The position numbers were made by a program, and so were the translations under genes. The notes under the pieces were generated by a model. That model did not search any database and was not told the origin of the DNA. It saw only the letters and a list, made by a program, of their open reading frames with translations. Below are positions 13,615 to 27,070 of a stretch of DNA of 64,000 nucleotides, one piece after another; positions within the stretch are counted from its first letter, which is position 1, and each line of letters starts with the position of its first letter. Location of the stretch: assembly GCA_036172245.1 (NCBI GenBank), contig JAYWIR010000030.1, forward strand, positions 2,232,001-2,296,000, read 5' to 3'. This stretch comes from Raillietiella orientalis (Eukaryota).

Positions 13615-14433
13615 CAAGGTAGAGACATACGATTCGTTGGAATGTGTATATATAGAATGTATGGATCTACAAAGTGGAACCAGACATTCCATACCTACCT
13701 CCTAATAATATCCAGCAATACTTAAATGCAAAACTATGCATATTTGAATATCAAATAATCCTATATACATCGTGATTTTCCACATTATCCCAACTTCAGT
13801 AAAAATTACATGGAACATATGGAAAATCATGGCTCAACTTTCTCAATTATCAGTCTTTAATTTGGAGCATCACAGTTCAGAGCTAGACTGCCCCCATATA
13901 TATACGCAATGCCTTTAATTATGCATAAGTACAATCATCTGCTCACAAAAAGTACACGAGAACATGAATATCCATCAGACACCAAAAGTAAAACTCCTAC
14001 ATAATACGCATTTCTCCATTCACCAGGCTTCCATCGACAATGACTCTCACATTACTCACTGAAGAATGATCTATAATACCATGTCTGATCCGAATCGTAC
14101 TACTCTCCATTCATATCGAACATAACTATATCAACTAACACATATCTTTAGCTATGGAACAAACGTACCAAAATATATCCTCGCTCTATTTCGACATCTG
14201 AGCCCATCGAATCATTGTAACTTAATTCTAAGTGTGCTCTAAAAACAGCTACTCCATGTAACAGTAGCCTCACAAAAAACGATAAAAAAAAATCCTGATC
14301 ATGTATATATGATAAGATATTATATGTATTGATGTATACAAGAATAAACTAAGAACTGCTTAATTCAATGCAGAAATTCTAGCCATGAAGCTCTCACTCT
14401 GACATCCCAAAAATACCACAAGGATCTCTCACA

Positions 14434-14700
14434 CTACCCAAAAGATGAACTCAAATCTTTAGAGAGAACTTTCTTTTTAATCTCATTGCAAAGTTTGAGA
14501 ATCCTCTTAGACTGTTTCTTCACTACAAAAACAGTGGTATTCGATACCATGTAGTGGATTACCTTATTAGTTGGGATTATTTGATTAGCCTCTACTTTTA
14601 ATATCACTCTTGTATCTTTGTGCTCTTGCTCTACCCATCCTACCGTATCCCCATCTCCGTAAAAGCGAGCAAAGAATAGCAATTTGTTGCATACTAATTT
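14434..14700 (-). mobile_element. hAT transposase fragment
   Basis: ORF 14434-14682 FYGDGDT...LK...IHYMVSNTTVFVVKK resembles the hAT DGA...LK...HC..H...L..K block. Confidence 0.4.
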
Positions 14701-15861
14701 TCGAGTTTAAGCAACCTATTATGACTCTAAAACGAGTAAATCGGCTCTTTTGGGAACGATGAACCTTTAGATATGCAGCATTTGTTTTGTTTTCGTAGCT
14801 TACATGCTACGTGTTTAAAAACAAGGCACTTACTAGAATATCTATAATTAAGTTTCATTTTATTTTCGAAGTACTAAAATTTGTTCGGAGCATGTGAGAA
14901 TGCTTTAGTTTGAAAGCAAATTTTGGGATTCTGCAAACGTGTATTGTAATGAGACGATACTTGTATATCTAACTAATAACAGGGTTACCTAAAAATTTGA
15001 AAGAATGTTCATAACAACTTCAAGCATTGCTGAAAAAAAAACTTAGCAAGATGAGTGCTATGGATGCTGCCACATAATAAATGGAAGTGATGATTTGTTG
15101 CTTTCCACGCTAAACATAAAAAAATACTTGTCTCTCCTTTCAAAAGTATTGCATACAATTTAAAATGACTTTTGAAGAAATTAAATTATGTGTTGTGATT
15201 TTATGCATCTTCACACATGTGCATGAAAAGGATCTTTGTCTGTAATATGTGTGAGTCTAAATAAGTAGACCTAAAAATGTCTAAATTCTCTTAATCGTCT
15301 CATCTGGATTTCTCTGATTCAAAAGAATTGCAGCAATTACTTTAATGCGAGAAGTTTATTTTTATAAATGGCACATTTTATACTCGAATATTTTTAAACT
15401 TTCTCGATCCCAACTATGAAAGAGAACCGTTTCAGTTTTAAGATATGCACAATGGTATAACTGCTTTTGTACTCTAAGAAAAACTTTTTTCCGTGAAATA
15501 AGAGAACCACATTAAACACAAACAAATGTGTTTTGTGAAGTGAAGAAATCTAACGAATGGAATCGAATGAAGAATTGGGATGGTTTTGCATGTTTTACGT
15601 GTGCACGTAAATAGCGGACATATTCATTACCATTTCAAGCATGCACGTATTACATAACGAAAAATATGGGTATGTTATTTTGAATGCCATTTCTTATTGT
15701 TCCTTGTTGAGTAATTTTCCAGCTTTCGTAATGTTTTCTCAGCCATTCATGGCATTTTTCGTAAAGCTCTATTTCTTGACTAGACTTACGTTTAATTTGC
15801 ATAATGTTTTCCAACTGCCACTTTAAGATAAATTTTCATGAATCTTCATTTAGAATAAAAT

Positions 15862-18800
15862 ATGCCAAATTCATACAATGAATTTGAAATTATTGATTTG
15901 CTATTCATTTATGAAGCGCAAAATATTATTCCTCTATTAAACATCACAGTAGGAGAAGGTACAAGTGAAGATCTTGAAAAACACCTTAGTGAAATTTTAT
16001 TGGAACGAGGGAAAGAAAATTCTAAAACGAGTAGTTATGAAACTGAAGATAATAGTGGCAAAACTAGTGAAACTGATAATAAATCTTCGAATTCCATGTT
16101 TGAGGACACTGAGAGCATAAATGATATAGTTGTATTGAATAATTCTCCAAATGCTTCTACAGGTAAGATTATGATGGCAAAATTGACATACAAGTGTGAC
16201 AACATTGATTAGATTGTTTATTTTATTTATGTTTTAAGTCCACGGAATGTGCTTCTTTTGTTTCAAATCCAATTTCGTTAGCATATTTATTGTTCCCATT
16301 TTTGTCAGCAGTTTTTAGAACGTTATATTCTTGAGAACATTCGTTTAATTTTAACAGATGGTCTAATAACTTGGTCAAATGATTGAAAATTCAGTCATCA
16401 GAATAATTATTTTGTGTCTAAGTAAAGCTAACGTGAGCATTTGCATTTAAATATCACTAGTCATTAACCCTCTATTTTATACTTTTATTTAAAAATATGT
16501 ATGGATCAAATGATTATGGATGAAATGTACTGTGTTGATTGTGTAAATGTGGTCAAGCGTTATGATATATGTGACTTTTTTTTGTTTTCTTTGATGCATT
16601 TCTTTTGTTGATTTCAGACAATCATGATTTATTGAATCATGAAGTTTTTATCCCTGAAAGTGGTGCCTGTTTTCATCAGATCTATTATTTGGGAGCTGTA
16701 AGTGTTGTTTCATCCAAGTCAGAAACTGAAATACAAATGCATATGGCAGATTTAAATCAAGCAATTATCAGAGAACAAGCAATGGAAGTAACCATACATA
16801 TCCCTGATGTTTTTGAAGGATCAATATGGTAGTGTTTTATAAATTTGATGCATCAATAAAGTCTTGATAGTATTTATGAAGAAAATACAACAAGAAAGCT
16901 TGCCTCATTTTTAATTCATCACATAGCCTACTGTTCCTATGGCATGTCAGATAGTTCCCAAAGTTGTTGCTTTGCCCTAAACTGTTTTCATTGCAATACT
17001 GCTGAAAGTTCCGTAGTTCAATGCCACGTTTTCCGCTGTACGAATCCTGATGTGGTTAGTTACTAAAGGGAGCAATTTTCATTTTCATTACTTTCCCCAT
17101 AGCCTGGAAAAGTAATTTCTATGCTTGCCGGAATCTTCCAACAGTGTGCAAAAGAAAAAGAACATTCTGGAGAAGAGAGTAATGAAAGCGTCATGATTTC
17201 ACAAGAAAGGATGCATGTGTTTAAAGTAACTCTAGATATACTTGAGGAAGATGGCAAGGTAAGCTTTTAATCTGCATGAGATGTTAAACATATTTGTCAT
17301 CATGTTAGGGTCGGCATACCTCAGTGCCCCGTGATAAAAATGGATTTAAAATTCGTGCCAATGTTGACAAGAAGGTATTCGTTTCTGTAGAACAGCCTAA
17401 TGATTCAGTTTTATTGGTGGAACGCTGCTTTGGATTATTATTAAGTCCAGGTCATAACATTCGACAGGCTGACATGCACCTGTTGGATATGGTTTGTTAC
17501 AAACTGTACCCACTGTTATTCAGTTTTATCAAACAGGAATCACGGCCTCATTATTCATCTCAGGAACGAAAGACGCTTTTTGTTTGTGCTAATTGGGATT
17601 CACATGAAAAAGCATTCCATCTGTTTAATGAAGAAACTGCTAAAGACAAATGGCTGTTGCTGACTGTAGCTATTGATTTGGTTATTCAAGGAATCACAGA
17701 TCCTGTGCGATTCATTATTGAGACCAAGGCAAAGATCTGTACTGCCTCTGAACGTTTCTGGTCTTTTTCTCGACGGCATTTGGAGCAAGAATTTCATTTG
17801 AAACTTAAACAGGTATAATGATAATGTGTTCTTAATCATGTGGAGTGGTCAAGCTGGATAGCATATCTGCTTGTTATGAAGTCATTAGTATTGAGTCAGG
17901 GTTGCAGCAAGAAACAGCAGCCACAGGTTTTACATTTCCTTCCCTAAATATGTTGAGTGCTCTCACAGGAACTGGACGCTTATTGCACTCATCTTCTCAA
18001 TTCCTAGATGAGAATGATGAAGGTGAGTACTGATTTTGAAAATTTCTTCATACAGGACAGTTTCCATTCATAGATGATAATGACGAACCACTTATGAGTG
18101 GAACTGGCATTGTATCTAAGGACTGTTCTGAAAGTGAACTGACACTTTGGGGTGAAGTGCTCAATGAGTGGGCTCAGGACCTAGGTCAACGTCCAAAGAA
18201 ACTAGAGTCTTTAGTGAGAAGAGGGATTCCAGAAGCCCTAAGAGGGGAAGTATGGGAACGATTGACTGGAGCCCAAAAAGATCCGCAACTTATGGATTCA
18301 TTTCGATTACTTATTTCTCAGGTATGTGATCATGTTGTAAGTGGTTGATTACATACTCTTAGGATTGTGTCTCTGATGAAGCTATTGCAAGGGACCTCAA
18401 TCGCACTTTCCCAGCTCACGAATATTTCCGAGAGACAGGAGGTGTTGGACAAGATTCTCTCTTCAAACTATCCAAGGCATATGCAGTGTTTGATCAGGAA
18501 GTAGGCTATTGCCAAGGACTAAGTTTCCTAGCTGCAGCTTTGCTGCTTCATGTAAGTTTTGTATTCCAAATACATATGTAACTTTTAGATTTTCAGATGC
18601 CTGAAGAGCAGTCTTTTTGTGTTCTTGTGCGCATCATGTATGACTATGGAATCCGGGAACTGTTTCTGAAAAACTTCCGCATGCTTCATATGCGGCTATA
18701 TCAACTCAACTGTTTGATTCAGGTCGGCTCCACCATCTACAGCTTGGCTACCTGACCTCTGCCTCAGGAACATCTGCCAGATGTATGGGTACACTTTAAG

Positions 18801-20125
18801 CATCTGGGAGTGGAGCCTCACATGTTCGCCTCCCAATGGTTCCTCACTGTCTTCACAGCGAAATTTTCTCTCTTCCTGGCCTTCCATGTGTTGGATGTGT
18901 TCTTACTACATGGAATCAATGTATTATTTCAAATTAGCTTAACTTTGCTATTGGTAACTAGTTAAAAGAGTCCATTCCGATTTTTTGATGTTTTTCTATA
19001 TGCAGATGAGTAGAAAGGAATTGTTGTCTCTGGACTTTGAAGGTGTGCTCAAATTTTTTAGAGTGCATCTTGCCAAACGTTTTTGTACTCAAGATGCTGC
19101 TAGTACGCTTATGAATACAGCCCTTTCATTTAGAATCAAGAAGTTGAAAAAGTATGGCCATCAGTACAGACTGTCCATGCGTATGTACTGAAAAAGATCT
19201 TGTATAACTACTGAGATAAATTGGTTGTGACACTGGGGATGACCCAGGATTGATTTAAAGCTTGCCTAATACATCTTTCATTTGCTTCAGACCAGACCAA
19301 GGACCAAAACCCTCTAGCATGTCTGGAAAATAGTAACAAGTTATTGATGAAGGAGAACATGCGACTTGATCAAGAAAATGATTCTCTGGCTAGGAATTTA
19401 GTAGGATATGAACTGAGAGACAAACAGCAGCGTGAACAAGTTTAGATTATTTACTAGTCCAGCTCAACTCTTCTGATTATTCCCCCAGATAGACAAATTG
19501 AGTTCTGAGCTGCATTCCGCACAGTTGCAACTTCAGGAATTGGAAGAAATGAAACGACAATTGGAAATGGAAATCTTGCAAGTGAAAGAGATATTAAAGC
19601 GAGAATTACAGAAAAGTGACAGTGAAAAGCAGTCTTGTACGTCTATCATTAATGATTACAAACAGGTTTGTAGCACCATTTGCCTCCACAAAAAGCTTGC
19701 CTACTAGATTTGCTCTCAACTGAGTCAACAGTTAGAACAGAGGAAAGCTGCTGACAAAAATAGGAGCACATGTCAAGTAAGCATTATTCCGTTGTTACAA
19801 GGGTTATTTTTTATTTGTTCTGCCAGAAATCACAGGCAACTGTTGAGGATGGTACTTTGGAACGAGATCTTGATTCTGAGGAAACCCATCAGCACATTAG
19901 AGAATTAGAACTGGAATTGGCACAAACAAAACTTGCATTAGTAGAAGCTCAGTGCAAAAATCAGGTTTCTAGTTCGCATTGCAAAACTCTGCATAATTAT
20001 TCGAATTCTAGGCCCTTAGTCATAATCTAGCATTTTTAAATAATGAGATTCATTCATTGCGAAATAGTTGGTTTCACAAAACATTAAGCTCCATACGAGA
20101 TACTGCGAAAGCAAAAGACTCATGA
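15862..20125 (+). CDS. RABGAP1: Rab GTPase-activating protein 1 (PTB + DUF3694-like region + TBC domain + coiled coil), about 1016 aa
   Basis: Hand-spliced GT-AG exons 15862-16162, 16618-16828, 16871-17054, 17103-17258, 17309-17491, 17537-17812, 17854-18022, 18074-18321, 18363-18551, 18597-18722, 18768-18953, 19006-19180, 19291-19439, 19489-19665, 19708-19776, 19827-19964 and 20012-20125 keep one open frame (3051 nt). TBC motifs GIPEALRGEVW, IARDLNRTFP (IxxDxxR), GYCQG (YxQ) and MFASQWFLTVF are present, as are the family-typical ERCFGLLLSPG, LMSGTGIVSKDC and RELELELAQTKLALVEAQCKNQ. The start codon is the least certain part. Confidence 0.95.
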
Positions 20126-20243
20126 GAAAATTAGCAATATTCTATCTACTTAATAACAAATACTCGCATTAAAACAAATCATGATGGCATGTCCATATGC
20201 CCCCTATTTTTCAAATTTTATTATTGTGATCAGTTATGTTGCA

Positions 20244-20249
20244 AATAAA
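20244..20249 (+). terminator. Candidate RABGAP1 poly(A) signal
   Basis: First AATAAA after the stop at 20125; an ATTAAA also occurs at about 20168. Confidence 0.45.
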
Positions 20250-20751
20250 AGTAATTGCGAAATTATAATTCTTTTTACAGTTGTGCACATTTACATCATC
20301 TAAAGGTTTCTCATGGATGACAAGGAAAGGAAGGATCATGATTTTGAATGTTGTGGATGCTTATGTTTGTTTACATGCACATTCGTTTTTACAACTATGC
20401 ACATATTTGCACCTGTGTATACTTAACACATAATGTGTACGTATTTATACAATGTTTGCTTTTTTCCGTTCTACTGTTCGATGGTGCTTGCCATGAAACG
20501 TTTGCTTTGCAAACACAATGCAAGACCATGCTGAATAATTGCTTCCATTCCCGAGAGATTTCTATGTGATTCTCCAGACTCCTTGTTTCCGATGTGGCGT
20601 TCGATTTGCTGGCATTTGTGCAAAGGGCACTTTTTAAAATCATGTCCTTTTTTTGTATATGCAAATAGTTTGCCCAAGTCCATTCATTTCTTCGTTTACA
20701 AAATGATGGAAACACTGTTCTTGACTGTTATAATTGCAACTGTTAATGTTA

Positions 20752-23568
20752 CCTTATTACTTGGTGCTAATACTTTTCTTAACATTGTCGCTAACTTTCA
20801 TTTTGAGTATTGTTTTTGGACTTCTGGTTTAGATATGAAGTAGTTTAATGTAAAACCATAAAATGTCTGTGCACAGCCGCCTTGACTGCTAACTTGTGAG
20901 CTACATTGAGTACATTTTGAATCAGCCAAAACTAATCTTTATCAATAGTGATCAAAATGTACTCTTCAACTCAACATTTTCCCCATTAAGATTCAGAGTG
21001 GGTTGGCTTCCATTTCTGCAGCCAACGTACTTATTAGCAAGATCTCACGAGGATAAATAGGAGAATAGCTACACATAGTGCATAGAATTGCCACATATCC
21101 TACATTACTTTTCATCTAAGCTATTTATTAAAATGAATCCTCTTTTCCCATTAAAGCACTCTCAATGAATGCATCTGGTTGTACAAACTAATCCAAAAAT
21201 AACCTTTTGGCTTTAGAAAACCATGTTGAGCACAAAAGTCTGTGGATATGAGGTCATGAGGTCATGTAAACTGCAATACACAGCCTTTAGCACTCAGCTG
21301 TCAAATGCAAAATGGCCAGGAAGTTTTTCTGTCAGTGTTCCAAATACACTCTGAAGGATTCCAAACACAGTCCTTACAGAAGAGAACTCTTAAGAAGTTT
21401 TCTAAACAAGCAACATATTTGGCTGCCCTTATGCTATGCATGAAAAGTAGCAGTTGCTATCTCCATCTAGAATTAAGCGTTCCTTTTCATTGCATCTTCA
21501 ACTTGCAACTCTGGGGGAAAATTGAATTACTAGATGTTTTGAAACAGTCCCACAAGGAATATCCACTGTTATATGAAAGGTAATTTGATGATTGACAGAA
21601 CATTGACATGCCTATAAGTAAGCACAAAATGCAAAGTGGCTGTTCAGAAAGCTGTTTTAATACAAATATTCTAAAACAAACTTCAGCAATGTTATGTCCA
21701 AATGGACATATTCACTACTCAACATGCGTATAATAGTTTGTGTATCTTGAAGTTTTGTTCTATTCACATATTTACTGTTTAATTATCCGTTATTCAGAAG
21801 TTTCTATTTGTTTGACGTGATCATTACATTAGGAAAAAAGGCATGATTCATAGCAGTCTTTACTTAGGAGAAATGAATATGATGTATTTTAACATGAAAA
21901 TGTTGTCCAAACAGTAGTGTGTGATTGTTGATCTTGACGGATAATTTTCTAATCGACTTGGAATGAAAAAAATTCAACATTTTTTTCTCTTTTCTTCTCC
22001 TTAGTTCTATTTCCCTGCGAATTGTATTCCCTAAGATCCGCACGAGGAGAGAGACATTTATAGCGAAACGAGTTTTGCCTACAATTACTCTCTCAACCAA
22101 GAATCTTCACAAAGAGTCAAAGTGTGATGTGAAATTGGTCCCACTACTTATCGAGTTTGCACTGCTTTCCTAGGCCGTCTTCACCTTTCTGAACACCTTT
22201 CCACTGTCTTGATCCCGAGAGAGAGTTGGCAAGTTGTCCAGTTTATGATTATATTGGAGCGACGTATTCAATTCGCCAACAGTCTTGTGATCATTCCTAA
22301 GCTTTCGTTCGAGTCATCATTGGACAATCTTATGCAAGCCCGATGGGCAAACTCAGGTTCGCCCTGGATGGATCCAATGCTCCTGGCGACTGCTTCTCCC
22401 AATGCCAAAGCGGTGTGTGATTTGGGGTGCGCGTGGACTGCACTTCAGAGTAATGTTGAACTCTGCACTTGCGGGTGACGCGCAGTACATGCGCAGGGTT
22501 TTGCCTCCGCAGGGTTTCACCCGTGCGTTGTACATGGCCGGGTGTGACGGTTCAGTGTTAGCCTTCGTGTGGTTTTGCACTCAGATTGGTATTCAGCATT
22601 TCCAACGTGCCAGCATCTCAGTATCCAACTTTCCTTGTATCGACAGTGTTGTACTCTCTACTTTTTTGTTTCTTTTGATGTGCTTCTTCCTCTTCAGCTG
22701 TTACGAACTCCGTTACGGACCTACGTCTGCACTTTACCTCGCTAGCGGACCATTTAAAATCTGACTTGTGTCCATATCTTGAGAAATGGCCTGTATTGGC
22801 ACCATCGAAGGATGGAAAGCTCAAAAATAATGCATACTAAACTTTTGCCATTTCCGTCATTTTTGTTTATGAAAACAAAAAAAAAATGCGACACTCTTAC
22901 GGAGTGATCCTATGCGACATATGCCAGCCCCATATCCTATCTGTCATACGTCATCTGTACTTATGATGCATCATCCTCCAGCTCAAATTTGTCAGCATTA
23001 CTCAACCATTCTCAAATAGACATTTTTCTCATTCCTTAAATACTTTTAACTGTAATCCAATGATTCACACGATTTGCTACTGTCTTCAGTCTTACTGTAG
23101 TTTCGGAGCTCATATTGCAGATACTCAACGCATCTCCATGTATCTCTCAAGTCATATCGGATAATATAATTTGAGATTGCTTCAGAAACGCTCAAGACTC
23201 GACTTTTACAAAAAAAAAAACATCCCTAAGTATGCTGGCATGAGTTTAAAACCAGTGTTACATTAGCGAAGCATTTTCTTTAAAATCTGTAGGATACCTG
23301 TGATGGAATGTTCGCTTAACGCTAAAGATTTGTTTCAACTTTTTCCTTATTATTTGGTGCTAATACTTTCCTTAACGTTGTCACTAACTTTCATTTCGAG
23401 TATTGTTTTTGGGCTCCTTGTTTTGATATGAGGTAGTTTAATGTAAAACCATAAAATAACTCTGCACAGCGCCTTGACTGCTAACTTGCGTTCTACATTG
23501 AATACGTTTTGAATCAGCCAAAACTAATCTTTATCAATGGTCATTAAAATCTGCTCTTCAGCTCGAGC
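20752..23568. repeat. Pair of diverged, roughly 220-bp direct repeats (20752-20975 and 23345-23568), possibly a hAT transposase C-terminal remnant on the minus strand
   Basis: Shared blocks include TTGGTGCTAATACTTT, GTAGTTTAATGTAAAACCATAAAAT, GCCTTGACTGCTAACTTG and TTTTGAATCAGCCAAAACTAATCTTTATCAAT. The hAT assignment is weak. Confidence 0.85.
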
Positions 23569-25429
23569 TTTCGGTACTGCTATGATTTTCCGACAATATC
23601 AATTTTATATGTGTCCTTCTATTTGTTTGTTTGCTTAAGTTATAACTTTCTCGTCTTTGTGCACATCGGATTCTCAACAGTTTTCCTCCCTTCACGGATT
23701 TGACATTTGGGGAGTTTTTTCGGCATAATTTTAAACATATTACTTTTGTACAATAATTTGTAAACGGGAAAAGCTCGTTTACAATAAAATTAAGCAAATT
23801 TTTACAATAAAATTTATTGTTACGTCATCGACTTCATCTTCTATCCGTCTCCGGAACTTATACCTTCAACCCCTTTGGAACACTTCCTCGGTATGCAATA
23901 CTGCCTAGTTATAATCCCTGCGTGTGCACCAGTTTTCAAGTATTTGGGTGTCTGCAGCAGCTTCGATGGCCTGAATCTTCACATTGCCTTATTGACTCAG
24001 TATGGATACTTTCGTAGAGCTCCGTTTCATGAAAACACTGAAAAGACTGTTGCACGCTTTTTCGATGGTTCCTTGTAATCAGTGCGAATTCAAATCTGCT
24101 TTTCATTTCGCCCTATTTCATAAGGATTTTCGAGAGTTGCTGTGGCAAACCTGCGCTTCCTTGCCGGAGGCACGGATCTAGCGCGCGTTTCTGACAGTCT
24201 GAGAAATGAACTAACAGCACGCTGGATTTTCTTTTCCACGTCGCAAACCCTGCGGAGACGCGCAGTTCTGAGATCACGTCTCAGAGCAAGCGTTTTGAAA
24301 GTTCTTTATTATGAAAATCGGAGCTTCCAGAGTTCACTTGGTTTTTGCACTTTCAAAGTATTGGGGAGAGCGATGTTTGGTATTTTTCACCCTCTTTGTT
24401 TCCTCATGCTAGATGTCAGTTCCAAACTGAGATTGAAAATTAGAAAAAAAAAAACAAAAAAAAAAAACAGCAAGTACTACGGAATCAAAGAAAAGTCCAA
24501 AATGAATGCAGAGTGTCAATGTGCCCCTTTCCAGGTATGACTGAATGCATCATTGGTGACTGGATCTAGCCGAGGGAGAATTCTCCGTAATCTGAGCATA
24601 ACTACAAGACTACAAAAGTCAGCAGTAACTGTGGCGACCGGTAACCCATGCAGATCGAGAAAGGCGAGCTGAAAACTAGAGAAGAAATGATCACGATCGA
24701 TTCTCTGATAATTTAACAGAAGTTCTAAAAGCTGCTGCTTTGGCAGAACTCATTACAGATCGCTGTACTGATTTGTTAATTTTTGTCAACTCTGATGGCA
24801 TCTTTTCGACTTTGCTTCAATGTTTGTGTGAAACTGCATTTTTCTTTCTCTGTGTGAAGCTTCATGCATCCAATTATTAGGAACAGGTTGCGTACCCTGT
24901 TCCTAATAATTCAAATGTCCTCTCCCCTCCCCCCCCTCCCCGAAGACATCGCTCTTTCCTTTAGGAAGAACGATGTCTTCGAGGCGCTTCGAATGGGTGA
25001 TTCTGAAACCATCACTCCCAAGTTTTGTGGTTTCTTATTCATTACACACAACAGAATTCTGAAGAATGCCAAACTGCATTCCGTCCAAGTAACTCTTCTC
25101 TGCTTCCTTTTCCCGTGATTGCTAATTTAGGAAGCTCTTCGGGAATTCTCACTGTCCAGCATCGGGTGAGTAGCGCAAGGATTAAATCTCAAGTTATGTT
25201 ATCGAAATTCACACAGAACATACATTCGAGATCTTCTGTACCTGCTCTTTCTTTCATACATGAAAATAAGTGAAACGGAAATTTTGAGGGACAACAAAAT
25301 AGCTACTTGTGTTAAGAAACAGCTAGGATGGAGCATTCTTCAGCTAGCGCGAACTGAAGATGAGATCTCGATAAAGAATTTCGGTCGCATTCCTAACAAT
25401 TTTTTTTTTCTCAAGTCCAATTCATATCA

Positions 25430-26066
25430 GAGATACAGAAGGATGGTGGTAAAATTAAAACCAGAAGTGAGATAATGCGTGGGATATTTCGGATTGTCTG
25501 CACTGGAGTCAGAAGTCAGTAATTGAGAACATCACCAAAAAGTTGTGACTGAAATGATTCCATCACAGTAAGAATCGGTCTTAACTAACAAAATCAACTG
25601 GCCATCCACTTCCATAAAGAAAATTCCGAAATTTATGGCTTCTTCGCGAGAATGCTTGAGAATCCAAAAAAAAACAAAAATCGAAATGATTGAGAATCGG
25701 GATCAATGATTTCTGATGCGTTTGCAAAGTGAATAAATGCGAAGATCATTTGTTCGGCAAAGTTGGGTCCTTCCCTGAACTGCAGTATCGAACAAGCTTT
25801 CTTTAATTCCACTCAAACTTACTGAGGGGAGACAGAATTATTACGAATTCTGAATTTAATCTATTAGTCTGGTTGTGCAAATAATCGTCATCATTGGTGA
25901 ATCGATTGGATAATCATTCCAAACAACAGAACTACATACTTAATGACTTAATTTCGGGAACACCAAGCCTCTTCAAACGACCCGACGATTGACGAAAATA
26001 ACGGCGCCAAGAACGACGCCAAGAACGACGCCTCCTCCTGAATCCAATAGTGACCCTCAAACCCAT
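25430..26066 (-). pseudogene. Decayed CRESS-virus capsid gene, divergent from Rep
   Basis: From the ATG at 26066 on the minus strand: MGLRVTIGFRRRRRSWRRSWRRYFRQSSGRLKRLGVPEIKSL, an Arg-rich N-terminus typical of CRESS capsids, placed head-to-head with Rep. The downstream part is frame-broken and the lower boundary is approximate. Confidence 0.6.
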
Positions 26067-26143
26067 AGTGACCCTAAGCTCCTTGGTTACTGCTTTGGTC
26101 ACACTGCTTACTGACGCGAGCAAACCTGATGAAAACCAAACAG

Positions 26144-26185
26144 GTCCATTAGCCGGACCTGCTATCGCAAGTCCGGCTAATGGAC
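26144..26185. promoter_or_regulatory. Putative rolling-circle replication origin stem-loop of the endogenous CRESS genome
   Basis: Perfect 15-bp inverted repeat GTCCATTAGCCGGAC (26144-26158) / GTCCGGCTAATGGAC (26171-26185) around a 12-nt loop CTGCTATCGCAA, lying between the Cap and Rep start codons. Confidence 0.65.
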
Positions 26186-26228
26186 ACGAGTAACACCGTG
26201 CGGTTGTCCTCCTGCGCTCAGCGCGACC

Positions 26229-27070
26229 ATGAGTGTCAAGAAGGAAGAGAGACACATGCAGATGAAACGATGGATGAGACGAAACTGCACGTAATTTCCA
26301 AGAAAACAGACCAGACAGGAACCCAACACCTCTAAGAATAGGGATGCAGCTGCACGAACATCGGACGTTACTGCAATTACTGAGGTCTTTATTCGACAGA
26401 AGCCGCAAAAGGAAGCTCCCAGTCAAATCCCACGTATTAGTAGCAAGCAGGACACTGATCTGTGGGCCTTGGAGGAAATCCTGACCGATAACTAGCAGAG
26501 CTACGAGAAAATGGTAAGTAAATATCAAAATATCCACAGACCCTCCGATCTATTGAGGATGGCGAAACAGAGCAATGGGCGATGGAAAACCACACAGAGT
26601 TTTAAGCAAGGCATTTGAATTTCGTCAAAGAATGCATTAGCATGACGGAAACCATAAATCACATCAACCCACTGGCTGGACTTCGATTGTGACCATAGCA
26701 ACTTGAGCTAATGGATATCCTTAAAGAACCACCACCCACAAGGTATGTACACTGGATCGAAGACCCAACGGGAAACGCCAGCAAAACTGCCTTTGCCAAA
26801 TACTCATAGGTTAATAGGTCGAAGCATCTACATGCAATCCTTTAAAAAAAACAGAAGCCGTTCATCTATATGATGAGAATCCACTGTATCCATGGACTCC
26901 ACTGTAGACAACGGAGAGTCCCATTCGATACGGATTCATTGAAAACATGGAAACGGGAATGCTGCTTGATCCCAAATATCAAGGAGGTGCAAAGTGCTTC
27001 AAAACACCCCACGTCATCGTCTTCGCCAAGTGGCCAACGTCTTAAAAAAAATGAGCAAGGAAAACGTTTG
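26229..27070 (+). pseudogene. Decayed CRESS-DNA virus Rep (HUH endonuclease + SF3 helicase), endogenous viral element
   Basis: In order: motif II TGTQHL* (26315-26335, cf. TGTPHLQ); motif III EAAKGSSQSNPTY[+1]CSKQDT (26399-26455); LRL*P*Q (cf. LRPWQ); RYVHWIEDPTGNASKT with Walker A at 26771-26788; YGFIENMETGMLLDPKYQGG; motif C PHVIVFAK (27007-27030). Multiple stops and frameshifts; motif I not found. Confidence 0.9.

Noticed and set aside
13200..14420. A/C-skewed stretch as a plus-strand LINE
   Set aside because: Plausible from the skew, but no motif could be recovered convincingly.
22100..25400. Short ORFs as genes or as extra viral genes next to the EVE
   Set aside because: No splice-consistent frame or recognisable motif; probably decayed repeats.
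25932..26537. 201-aa minus-strand ORF as a real gene
   Set aside because: Most of it is antisense to the decayed Rep and the origin; only the last 44 codons look like a capsid N-terminus.
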